DNA from: Candidatus Babelota bacterium
Lineage (GTDB): Bacteria > Babelota > Babeliae > Babelales > Vermiphilaceae
NCBI GenBank assembly: GCA_039809905.1
Contig: JBDHVY010000001.1
Coordinates: 990,001-1,022,000, forward strand
Direction of reading: 5' to 3'
DNA: 32,000 nucleotides
Below, piece after piece: positions 7,478 through 17,763 of the stretch. The position numbers and the translations under genes are program-made. Numbering within the stretch: the first letter of the stretch is position 1; every line of letters starts with the position of its first letter. The notes beneath the pieces are model-generated. The model was given only the letters and a program-made list of their open reading frames with translations, was not told where the DNA came from and searched no databases.

Positions 7478-8425
7478 TTAATACATTTTTACGGTTATAG
7501 GGATGATGTATGTCATTCGGAATGGGTCAGGTAAATATGTTGGAACAGGAGGAAATGCTGAACTTCCTTCTTCAAATATAAAAAGAAAGAAATTATCCCA
7601 AAGTTTATTTCCTGATGATTTTTTTATCATGAGTTCTTGTATAATACCGTCTCTATTTAACACAAAAAATAAATGCATCTCCCCATCTACGGGAAAACGC
7701 GGGATTTTGTGATCATTTATTCTCAAAGCATTTTGTAAACACCATTCCAATTTTTGTAAATAACGTTCATATTTCATTTGTTCATCAGAAGGAATGCCTC
7801 GTTTCATACCAAGCATCGATACACCATAAGAACCAGCATTTTCTTTTTTATGATCTAAAAATCCTTGCGTAAGTTGTGCAAGAGTAAGAGGAGGTTTTTG
7901 GGCAATCGGAATAGATTTATGTGGAGTTCTTTTAGGACGGGGTTTTCTTTTTTGTTCCACAGCAGTTTTTTGTGAAATTTTTGCTGTTTCTTGTACCACT
8001 ATTTCATTTTTTGCATATTCGGTACGCACTGTAGCTTCTTCTTTTATTTCTGGTGCTATTTCCTGTTTATTCTCAATTTTTTCTTCTATTACATCTTGAG
8101 CTGTCTGTGTGTTTTTCTGATCATCTTCAACAATTTTTGAGAGCTCTTTTTGTTGTGGGATATCCTCTTGGTCTGGTAAAGTGTCTTCAAAAAATACAGG
8201 AGCGCCAAAATTACCCGCACGAGCTTGAGTTTCCACCCAAGGCTTGTTTTGTTTTTGTTCTTGTTGTTGTTCTATTATTTCCCTCAGATGATCTTGCTCT
8301 GTATTTGTGGTCAGATTCGGGCGTGTTTTTTGTATAAAAATATAAAATACTGTGCTTACATGAAAAAGAAGAGATAAAAGAAGTGCTATGATCGTGATGT
8401 TTCTGCCCGTGGAAAGAAGATTCAT
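7478..8425 (-). CDS. TonB/TolA-family energy-transducer-like protein
   Basis: N-terminal anchor with an S-x3-H motif (IIALLLSLLFHVSTVFYIF). Long E/K/Q/P-rich spacer (KRKPRPKRTPHKSIPIAQKPP). C-terminal TonB-like block GEMHLFFVLNRDGIIQELMIKKSSGNKLWDNFF...FPPVP. Confidence 0.5.
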   Translation of the reverse strand: MNLLSTGRNITIIALLLSLLFHVSTVFYIFIQKTRPNLTTNTEQDHLREIIEQQQEQKQNKPWVETQARAGNFGAPVFFEDTLPDQEDIPQQKELSKIVEDDQKNTQTAQDVIEEKIENKQEIAPEIKEEATVRTEYAKNEIVVQETAKISQKTAVEQKRKPRPKRTPHKSIPIAQKPPLTLAQLTQGFLDHKKENAGSYGVSMLGMKRGIPSDEQMKYERYLQKLEWCLQNALRINDHKIPRFPVDGEMHLFFVLNRDGIIQELMIKKSSGNKLWDNFFLFIFEEGSSAFPPVPTYLPDPFRMTYIIPITVKMY

Positions 8426-8542
8426 AACATTCCCTTTTTTATTATTATTTTACGGGAATGTTTGATAAAAAGAAAATAAGATTTTTAAGGAGATCAACTG
8501 ATCGATAATCTTGAATATACCCAGCGAGCATATGATGTAGCT

Positions 8543-9334
8543 TTGCCTGTAGTTCAAGATGCAATATGTTTTTGGAATAATCATCGTGAAGATATTGCTT
8601 ATGAAAATGCTTTAGTGATGTATAAATATGATTTATTACGAGAGCATTTATTATTAGCAATGAAGCAGGCACTTAATGAGTTTTCTGTTGTGGCTGAGTA
8701 CTATCGTAATTGTAGAGGTGAGTGTATTCAGGCAAGCACTACTGTTATCAGTACCTTGAATGAAATTTCCTCAAAAGTTGATGATCGCAAGCAATGGGTA
8801 CTACAAGAAGAGAAAATTGCGCGTGGCAACGGTGCCATAGTAGAAGAATATTTTGCACAACGCAATATCTTAGTTATATCATTCAAAAATGAAGCTCAAA
8901 AGGAGTTTGGTAACCTCCGAAAAGAACGTGACACAGAGATTTTGAAAAAAATAGCTATTCAACAACAAGTAAATGTTGGTTTTTGTGGTGGGCCCAGGAA
9001 GGATGATGATGAGGGTGAGGAAAAAGCAGAAGATTTATCATCTTCAGTAACAATAAGTAAAGATGACGCTCCACACATGTTTGGAAATAGACCAGGACAT
9101 TTGATTGATACCCCAGCTAATAGAAAGCTTTTGATCGAGCTTGGTTCAAACAAAAATAATTTTCTTGGTTTAGATAAGCACGGGAATGAATGGTATGGAA
9201 AAATTATTGCAGATGGTAGACAGCTTTGGGCTAGCATGAGAAATCAGGTAATTAGAAATGGAGGCATTAATAATCCCCCAAGAATATTTCATCCTGATAC
9301 GGGTCTTTGTAAGCCTTTTAAATCTTTTAAATAG
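8543..9334 (+). CDS. Hypothetical protein with polymorphic-toxin-like C-terminal module (start codon uncertain)
   Basis: Helical N-terminal part, an acidic linker DDDEGEEKAEDLSSS, then HMFGNRPGHLIDTPANRKLL...GLDKHGNEWYGKIIADGRQLWASMRNQVIRNGGINNPPRIFHPDTGL. The frame opens at 8489 right after a TAAGGAG. The only in-frame starts are CTG 8498, ATC 8501, TTG 8543 and ATG 8618. Confidence 0.55.
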   Translation: MPVVQDAICFWNNHREDIAYENALVMYKYDLLREHLLLAMKQALNEFSVVAEYYRNCRGECIQASTTVISTLNEISSKVDDRKQWVLQEEKIARGNGAIVEEYFAQRNILVISFKNEAQKEFGNLRKERDTEILKKIAIQQQVNVGFCGGPRKDDDEGEEKAEDLSSSVTISKDDAPHMFGNRPGHLIDTPANRKLLIELGSNKNNFLGLDKHGNEWYGKIIADGRQLWASMRNQVIRNGGINNPPRIFHPDTGLCKPFKSFK

Positions 9335-9348
9335 AATAGAAAATATTT

Positions 9349-9720
9349 ATGAATAGTAATTTACTGCTAACTTCAATACAATCTTTTTATGCGATGCATC
9401 TTTTTTTGGAGCAATATTTTTACGTGACTTCGTCGGATAGCATTGGGGCTTTATTGGGATGTATGCATTTTTTGGAGGATGGAGATACAGCCGATCCAGT
9501 ACTATGGATAGATTGGCGTGAAATGGTCGGAGATGCGCCAATTACTCTTATGCAAGCATTTAAAACAATGAAAGTATTTTTAGATATATATTTTCAGGCG
9601 ACATCATCAAACAATGTGAAAAATATGTTGAATGATATAGGCCTTGTTATTAATGATAAGCCGGGAAAAGAAAAAATATGGGAAAAGTGGCTAATGTCGG
9701 TTGATAAGGTTTTTGAGTGA
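9349..9720 (+). CDS. Small cytoplasmic protein with two copies of a ~55-aa helical module (immunity-like)
   Basis: The ATG is 14 nt after the upstream stop. Module copies are LTSIQSFYAMHLFLEQYFYVTSSDSIGALLG...DPVLWIDWREMV and ITLMQAFKTMKVFLDIYFQATSSNNVKNML...IWEKWLMSVDKV. Confidence 0.65.
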   Translation: MNSNLLLTSIQSFYAMHLFLEQYFYVTSSDSIGALLGCMHFLEDGDTADPVLWIDWREMVGDAPITLMQAFKTMKVFLDIYFQATSSNNVKNMLNDIGLVINDKPGKEKIWEKWLMSVDKVFE

Positions 9721-9732
9721 TCCTAAGCTAAT

Positions 9733-10233
9733 ATGAATAATATAAAAATATCTCAATTAGATCAGTGCGAAATAATTATCAATGATCTAGTATATCTTTC
9801 AGGAAAGCAATCAGAAGAAACTTATCATAATATGTGGTGTATTAGTTTAGATGGTGATCTGATAAAAAATATTAAAATTGAACCACTAAAGTGTTTTATA
9901 GACAGATTAATCGAAAATAGAGAGCAACAAGTGCAATCCAGTAGTTCTTCTGGAAGCATTATTTTTTATATGTGGTTTGATAAACAGACACTGCAGTTAC
10001 GGTTTAATATTATAACAGGAAATGAAAGAACATTACCTTTTACGTGTAAGCTACAATTGTTTAATACTTATGAATCTATATTGAAAAATTTTATTAATAC
10101 AGTCCAAGAAGTTGATCAATTTGGAGATGATATTAAATTTTTTGATAAACAGGATATTAATTGGGATGAAGATGAACAAGAGTACATTTTGGATGTATTT
10201 GTAAAAAAATTGAATGCGAAAATCCATGAATAG
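9733..10233 (+). CDS. Hypothetical acidic protein, unrelated to its neighbours (possible second immunity type)
   Basis: Starts 12 nt after the upstream stop. No signal peptide. Acidic C-terminus (DINWDEDEQEY). No recognisable domain. Confidence 0.55.
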   Translation: MNNIKISQLDQCEIIINDLVYLSGKQSEETYHNMWCISLDGDLIKNIKIEPLKCFIDRLIENREQQVQSSSSSGSIIFYMWFDKQTLQLRFNIITGNERTLPFTCKLQLFNTYESILKNFINTVQEVDQFGDDIKFFDKQDINWDEDEQEYILDVFVKKLNAKIHE

Positions 10234-10423
10234 AAAAATTACGATTGAGGAAGGTTTTTGTGCAATGACTAAATTTTTGGAAAAGTGGTATGGATTTACA
10301 AAGTCAGATGATATAGCTTTTATGTTGAGTGGAATGAGCATGGATCCAGCTTTTTTGAAAGATTGGATTGAGTCTGTAGATATTGTTTTACGAGAACAAA
10401 ATAAAATGCATGAACATGATTAA
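10214..10423 (+). CDS. Small protein with a single copy of the ~55-aa module
   Basis: ITIEEGFCAMTKFLEKWYGFTKSDDIAFMLSGMSMDPAFLKDWIESVDIV. Start is the ATG at 10214 or 10226, and either overlaps the upstream stop at 10233. Confidence 0.55.
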   Translation: MRKSMNRKITIEEGFCAMTKFLEKWYGFTKSDDIAFMLSGMSMDPAFLKDWIESVDIVLREQNKMHEHD

Positions 10424-10799
10424 TACAATAACCCGATTACAAGCTTTTAAGGCTATGAATTGTTTTCTGGATGATTATTATACTAAAACACTGTCGGATG
10501 ATTTGGGATCTTTGTTAGGAGATACGCAGTTATTGGCGGATGAAAGTGGGACATGGGATTCTGTAGCATGGAATGATTGGTGTGTTGCTTTGGAAAAAAA
10601 GGAATCAATTACTCCCTTCGATGCTTTTAAAGGAATGTATAATTTTTTAAAGGCATATTATATAAGAACGTCTTGTTCTTCTCGTGATATAAAAGAAACA
10701 TTGGATAAAATAGATATTTCTGAAAAAAAACTTTTATCTTCTGCTGTATGGTGTTTTTGGATGGAATGTGTGCAAAAGATTGTTCATGAACAAGAATAA
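10410..10799 (+). CDS. Small protein with two copies of the ~55-aa module
   Basis: The ATG at 10410 overlaps the upstream stop (10421-10423). Module copies are ITRLQAFKAMNCFLDDYYTKTLSDDLGSLLG...WDSVAWNDWCVAL and ITPFDAFKGMYNFLKAYYIRTSCSSRDIKETL...VWCFWMECVQKI. Confidence 0.65.
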   Translation: MNMINTITRLQAFKAMNCFLDDYYTKTLSDDLGSLLGDTQLLADESGTWDSVAWNDWCVALEKKESITPFDAFKGMYNFLKAYYIRTSCSSRDIKETLDKIDISEKKLLSSAVWCFWMECVQKIVHEQE

Positions 10800-10800
10800 A

Positions 10801-10827
10801 TTATTAATTTTACATTGAAATTAATAA
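10801..10827 (+). terminator. Perfect 10-bp A/T-only hairpin directly after the operon stop (weak terminator candidate)
   Basis: TTATTAATTT-tacattg-AAATTAATAA starts 2 nt after the TAA at 10797-10799. The stem has no G/C and there is no clear U-tract, so confidence is low. Confidence 0.3.
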
Positions 10828-10914
10828 CTTATTGGTAAAATTTTGATAAAATCATTATAAAACAAGTACTCCAAAGATATACAATAAGTTGCACATATAC
10901 ATAAAGGCTTTCGT

Positions 10915-11751
10915 ATGAATTTCGCTATTATACCAAAGATACATTTGGCAACCTTACTGTTTCTTAGTTGTGTTAATATTCAGTGTAGTGAGTTAGCTTG
11001 CTATACTGAAAAACAACTTCAAGAATTAGATCATAAATTACCTTGTTCAACAAGAGATTATACCAATTATGAGTATGGGATCCGTGTTCAACATTCTTCT
11101 GGTACTGGTATGGGGATTGTTGGGAGTTACTATCCAGGTTCCAGCTCTCACAATCATACGCTGCAAGAAGTAAACTTTCGACCAATGAGTTTTGACAATA
11201 CTTTGTCACAAAAAAAAATCATTTTTATTTTAGAAAATAAAAATGGGGAAGGAATCATATTTGAACGCGAGAAAAACAGTACAAGCATGTGTCTAGATAG
11301 CAATTATTATCCTCGTAAAATCATAACCAAAAAAGCGTTAAACCTTATTGTAAAAGCTCTTAACAATATGCCTGGGATTATTACAGGTCCATATTTAGGT
11401 TTTCAGTCAGCTGATGGAAGCAACGAGGAAATTCTGCTCTTAAATCCCTTTATTCTTATTCAAAAGGAAGATCGCTTTGATGCTAGAAAAGGTTGCTTTG
11501 ATGGTAGAATGTATGTAACTATAAGCGTATTTGATAGATTAGTAGAACGTATCTGCAATTTGTTTCATATTCATGTGAGTACAATTTTTTTTGAAAAGGC
11601 ATCCAATAGTACTACAAAGGCAATACTTCGAGAAAAGTCAAAAAGCTCGTATTATGCAAAGCTTGCAGTTACAGGACTTGTTGTAGCGTTATTAGCTGAA
11701 TTCATTGGCAAAACCTTTTTCAATCCAGACGAATCCCTGCTTTTTAACTAA
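10915..11751 (+). CDS. Signal-peptide protein with C-terminal membrane anchor, unknown function
   Basis: N-terminal HLATLLFLSCVNIQC and a C-terminal hydrophobic helix YYAKLAVTGLVVALLAEFIG. The 3' end overlaps tilS convergently by 60 nt. Confidence 0.55.
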   Translation: MNFAIIPKIHLATLLFLSCVNIQCSELACYTEKQLQELDHKLPCSTRDYTNYEYGIRVQHSSGTGMGIVGSYYPGSSSHNHTLQEVNFRPMSFDNTLSQKKIIFILENKNGEGIIFEREKNSTSMCLDSNYYPRKIITKKALNLIVKALNNMPGIITGPYLGFQSADGSNEEILLLNPFILIQKEDRFDARKGCFDGRMYVTISVFDRLVERICNLFHIHVSTIFFEKASNSTTKAILREKSKSSYYAKLAVTGLVVALLAEFIGKTFFNPDESLLFN

Positions 11752-12684
11752 TACCCACTCTTTATAAAGAGCATGTTTTCCGCCACGTTCATGCGATAAA
11801 AAGCGAATAATTTCATCCAAGAATGTTTGAGTTACAGGAAATTGAACATTGTTGGCAATCAACCACAAAATAATAACGCGATGATGAAGGGAACGATGAA
11901 TAGTTTCAAATTTTTTTATATCAAAAACTTCAATAGTATCTTTTTTTATAATCAAGCTATCGAGTGTTGATTGAGCAATATCATTCAATAAAGCATCATC
12001 TTCCTTGAGGCGATTAATAGTTGCAAGAAAATTATTGTCCCACCGAGCATCAGATTCAATAAGTGCTGGAATGACTTTTTTGCGTATGCGATTGCGTAAA
12101 TAGTCATCAGATTCATTACTTGAATCAATTGCATATGCAATTGAATGTTGATTCAACCATTCTAAAATGTCTGATTTATTTGTTTCTAATAATGGCCGAA
12201 TATATAATCCATGCTTTGGATACATACCAGTCAATCCTGCTAAACTTGTTCCACGGATTAAGCGAATGAAAAATGTTTCTTGTTGATCTTGTGCATGATG
12301 GCCTAAGGCTATGCTATCAGCATTATATTCACGCAATACTTGTTGTAAAAATTGACGGCGCATAGTACGCGCATATTCTTCTTTTGAGCCACGATATTTT
12401 TTTTTGGTCATCGTTAACGATGACATTTTTGTTGAAATAAAATTAATATGTAATTTTTGTGCTAATGTGCGGCAAAACTCTTCTTCTGCATTAGCCTCTA
12501 CGCGCCATTCATGATTAAGATGGGCTGCAATAAGAGTTAGGTTGTATTTGTTTTGCAACGCAACTAATGTTCGCAATAAAAATACTGAGTCAGGCCCACC
12601 AGAGAGCCCAATGATTATTGTATTATTCGCTTCAATGAGCTTATGTTTTGTGATGTATGTTTCGATTTTTTCTAAAAAAAACAT
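11692..12684 (-). CDS. tilS: tRNA(Ile)-lysidine synthetase
   Basis: PP-loop IIIGLSGGPDSVFLL, AAHLNHEWR and ALGHHAQDQQETFFIRLIRG, which are typical TilS N-terminal domain motifs. Confidence 0.9.
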   Translation of the reverse strand: MFFLEKIETYITKHKLIEANNTIIIGLSGGPDSVFLLRTLVALQNKYNLTLIAAHLNHEWRVEANAEEEFCRTLAQKLHINFISTKMSSLTMTKKKYRGSKEEYARTMRRQFLQQVLREYNADSIALGHHAQDQQETFFIRLIRGTSLAGLTGMYPKHGLYIRPLLETNKSDILEWLNQHSIAYAIDSSNESDDYLRNRIRKKVIPALIESDARWDNNFLATINRLKEDDALLNDIAQSTLDSLIIKKDTIEVFDIKKFETIHRSLHHRVIILWLIANNVQFPVTQTFLDEIIRFLSHERGGKHALYKEWVLVKKQGFVWIEKGFANEFS

Positions 12685-12693
12685 GATATTTTA

Positions 12694-13242
12694 TCAGCTA
12701 GCTCTGTTTCTTATAGCGTACACAAAAGCTAGAATTCCTGCCATGCTTATGCTTACTGCTATGCCTAAAACCATTCCAAAAACAGTTCCACCCATAGCAT
12801 AATGTTGTTTCATTTCTGTGCCAGAGTTGTATCCTGCTTCATCTATTGTTTCAGGTTGAGGAATTTTAAGGAACAGTATTTTATGGAGTAACGTGCTCTT
12901 ACCATCTTTAACCACGACATATAAAGGATCATTCAGTGTTACTACATCGTTGTATGTCAAGGGTGAACATAATTCTTTGATGTTAGCAAATTGTTCTTCA
13001 GAGATTGTTATTCGTTTTAAAGGGTTTTTACCATCATGTATCACACCGCGTTTTTGTTTTTTATGGTAGTTAAGATAAAGAGGATTGCCGGTAAAGCCAT
13101 ATTGGCTGTAATTTTCAATTGATTGATTTTCTAAGGTGTTTTTTATTTCACACGGCAATGCTAGTTGATGCACTTGATTTTGACTAGACATCGTTTTCAA
13201 ACTTATCAGCAACAAACTAAGCAATATAAAATTTTTGTTCAT
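12694..13242 (-). CDS. Signal-peptide protein with C-terminal membrane anchor, unknown function
   Basis: MNKNFILLSLLLISLKTMSS N-terminus and a C-terminal helix GGTVFGMVLGIAVSISMAGILAFVYAI followed by RNRAS. Start is the ATG at 13242 or the TTG at 13257. Confidence 0.55.
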   Translation of the reverse strand: MNKNFILLSLLLISLKTMSSQNQVHQLALPCEIKNTLENQSIENYSQYGFTGNPLYLNYHKKQKRGVIHDGKNPLKRITISEEQFANIKELCSPLTYNDVVTLNDPLYVVVKDGKSTLLHKILFLKIPQPETIDEAGYNSGTEMKQHYAMGGTVFGMVLGIAVSISMAGILAFVYAIRNRAS

Positions 13243-13274
13243 GAGTACTCTATGCAATTTTTTATGACTTTAAT

Positions 13275-13310
13275 AAAAAGCCGCCTCTAAAAAATTAAAG
13301 GCGGCTTTTT
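13275..13310 (-). terminator. Rho-independent terminator downstream of gyrB
   Basis: AAAAAGCCGCC-N14-GGCGGCTTTTT. An 11-bp arm with a GC core, flanked by A and T runs, lies 7 nt after the gyrB stop. Confidence 0.75.
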
Positions 13311-13316
13311 AATTAT

Positions 13317-15788
<2,472 letters not shown>

Positions 15789-16040
15789 TTAATTTTTATG
15801 GAAGATAACTATTTCATAATATAATTTCATTATACTTTAAAAGAGAAAAAAAATGAATTATTATAATGGGTTTCTGAGAAAGAGTTTCTCTATGTTTTTC
15901 AAGGAATTTTAGTCAAAAAAAGAAAATATATTTTACTAAAACTTCTTGGCCTAAAGCTGGTTGTTGTAAAATGTGTTAATCATGTTATTATATAAACAAC
16001 AATTTGAATATTTTTTAAAATTTATGTATTGTTTTGCGAT

Positions 16041-16523
16041 ATGTTAGAAACAGTTTTTGGTTCACAAAAAGATCAATTATTTATGCAACAAGCTCTTGAT
16101 CAGGCACAATTGGCAGCTGCAATTAATGAAGTGCCTATTGGAGCCGTTGTGGTGAATGCTCAGGGTGAAATTGTTGGACATGGTTATAATACCGTTGAAC
16201 GTGATTGTACGCAACGATCTCATGCTGAAAGCATTGCCATTGAACAGGCAAGCAAAAAACTGGGTGATTGGCGGCTTAATGGTCATTGGTTATATGTTAC
16301 CTTGGAGCCATGCTCAATGTGCATGGGATTAATAAAGTTGAGTCGATTTGAGGGTGTTGTATATGGTGCAGCATCACCTTTATTTGGATTTCGTCTTGAC
16401 AACCAGGATGATCTTTGGGTATACAAAAGGGATGCCTTTTCAATCATTGAAGGGGTTGGAAAAGAGGAGTCTGCAGCGTTGTTAAAAGATTTTTTTCATA
16501 AAAAAAGGAAGAAAAATGACTGA
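16041..16523 (+). CDS. tadA: tRNA-specific adenosine deaminase
   Basis: CDA-fold zinc motifs HAESIAIEQA and PCSMCMGLI. Size is ~160 aa. The ATG at 16041 is preferred over the TTG at 16029. Confidence 0.9.
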   Translation: MLETVFGSQKDQLFMQQALDQAQLAAAINEVPIGAVVVNAQGEIVGHGYNTVERDCTQRSHAESIAIEQASKKLGDWRLNGHWLYVTLEPCSMCMGLIKLSRFEGVVYGAASPLFGFRLDNQDDLWVYKRDAFSIIEGVGKEESAALLKDFFHKKRKKND

Positions 16524-16884
16524 TAAGCGTGATTTAAAGAATATAGAAGCTGATTTGCTGAAACGTAAAATTGAGCTTGAACAAAAATTGACAGAAATGT
16601 CTAAAGAGCAATTTTCAGATGGGCAGGTGCAAGATCCAGGCGATCAAGCGCTGACTGCGACCATGGAATCTTTGAGAATGTCCCTGCAGGATGCAGAAAT
16701 GGAAGAGTATCGTGGGATTGCAAAGGCCTTAGAGCGGATAAAAGAGGGTGCCTATGGCATCTGTGCTGATTGTGGTAACCCCATTTCGGAAAAACGGCTC
16801 CAATCGTTTCCGGGCACTATGCGTTGCCTGGCCTGCCAAGAGAATTTTGAAGAAAAATCTGCTCATGGAACACCCCAATTTTGA
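16516..16884 (+). CDS. DksA/TraR-family C4 zinc-finger protein
   Basis: Coiled-coil N-terminal half and CADCGNPISEKRLQSFPGTMRCLAC (CxxC-N17-CxxC). The start overlaps the tadA stop (ATGACTGA). Confidence 0.8.
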   Translation: MTDKRDLKNIEADLLKRKIELEQKLTEMSKEQFSDGQVQDPGDQALTATMESLRMSLQDAEMEEYRGIAKALERIKEGAYGICADCGNPISEKRLQSFPGTMRCLACQENFEEKSAHGTPQF

Positions 16885-16977
16885 CAATTGCTTTTTATAG
16901 TCTTATACTAATTAACAAAATAATTGTATTTAAAAAGTTTTTTTCTCAATAACTCATATGTAAGGTTATAGTGCGAT

Positions 16978-17394
16978 ATGGCAAATAAACAAACAATGTC
17001 TACTCAGGCTCCCGTTGCTCACGGTGTAGGACGTCGAAAAACTGCGGTTGCGCGTATTTGGTTGCGCCGTGGAGATGGGCAAATTAGAATAAATGGAAAA
17101 GATCATTTAAGCTATTTTGATACAAAATTTGCAGCAGACATAGCAGCAACTCCATTTAGAGTATGTCCTATTGGTGCAGATTTTAATGTTGAAGTTAATG
17201 TGTTTGGTGGCGGTAAGCAAGCACAGGCTGATGCGGTAAAATTGGGAATTGCCCGTGCATTTGTTGAATTTGATGCTAATGCAAAACCTGTTTTAAAAAA
17301 ACATGGTCTTATGACTGTTGACGCTCGCAAAAAAGAACGTAAAAAATACGGTCAACGCGGAGCTCGTCGTAAATTCCAGTTCGTAAAACGTTAA
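16978..17394 (+). CDS. rpsI: 30S ribosomal protein S9
   Basis: GRRKTAVARIWL..GDGQIRING, GGGKQAQADAVKLGIARA and a C-terminal ARRKFQFVKR. Confidence 0.97.
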   Translation: MANKQTMSTQAPVAHGVGRRKTAVARIWLRRGDGQIRINGKDHLSYFDTKFAADIAATPFRVCPIGADFNVEVNVFGGGKQAQADAVKLGIARAFVEFDANAKPVLKKHGLMTVDARKKERKKYGQRGARRKFQFVKR

Positions 17395-17417
17395 TACGTT
17401 TTTATTTAGATATTCTA

Positions 17418-17449
17418 ACCCCATGCTTGATTTGTCTCAGGCATGGGGT
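17418..17449 (+). terminator. Hairpin downstream of rpsI (terminator candidate, no strong U-tract)
   Basis: ACCCCATGC-N14-GCATGGGGT, a 9-bp stem 24 nt after the rpsI stop. Confidence 0.45.
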
Positions 17450-17507
17450 ATATTAATGTAATCGCTTATCCTAAAATTAAAAATATCTAAAATATTTGAT
17501 TTTATTC

Positions 17508-17650
17508 CCGTGTTCGTAAGGAAACTTTTCAACAAGTTCAGGGCGAGCCCAGCGAGGATTGAAACCTTCGATAAACTCAGGATAAACTCCGTGTTTACTG
17601 CTGACGTGTCCGAAGAAGCCTTGGCGAAGTCGGAGCTTGTCGAAGCATCT
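17508..17650. repeat. Intergenic repeat element, copy A (palindromic MITE/REP-like family)
   Basis: Shares CAACAAGTTCAGGGCGAGC-CAGCGAGGA and GTGTTTACT-CTGACG-TGTCCGAAGAAGC-TT-GCGAAGTCGGAGC-TGTCGAAG-ATC with 24469-24570. Carries a ~25-nt insertion (GAAACCTTCGATAAACTCAGGA) relative to copy B. Confidence 0.7.
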
Positions 17651-17763
17651 TGAATGGGGTTACCAATAAAGTGATAACGAAATTAGGGGATAAAGTATCA
17701 GGGTGAGCGTAAAAGAAATAAGCTAGAATAAATCATCAATGAGACTATAAAAAGGAAGTAATA

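Noticed and set aside
8445-8672. Minus-strand ORF 8445-8672 (75 aa)
   Set aside because: It overlaps the 5' end of the toxin-like gene and its Shine-Dalgarno region. It has no signal, motif or RBS, so it is probably a chance ORF in the spacer.
17650-17763. Possible glmS ribozyme in the long glmS leader
   Set aside because: I could not find the conserved ribozyme core. Most of the leader is accounted for by the rpsI hairpin and repeat copy A, and the same repeat also precedes sodA.
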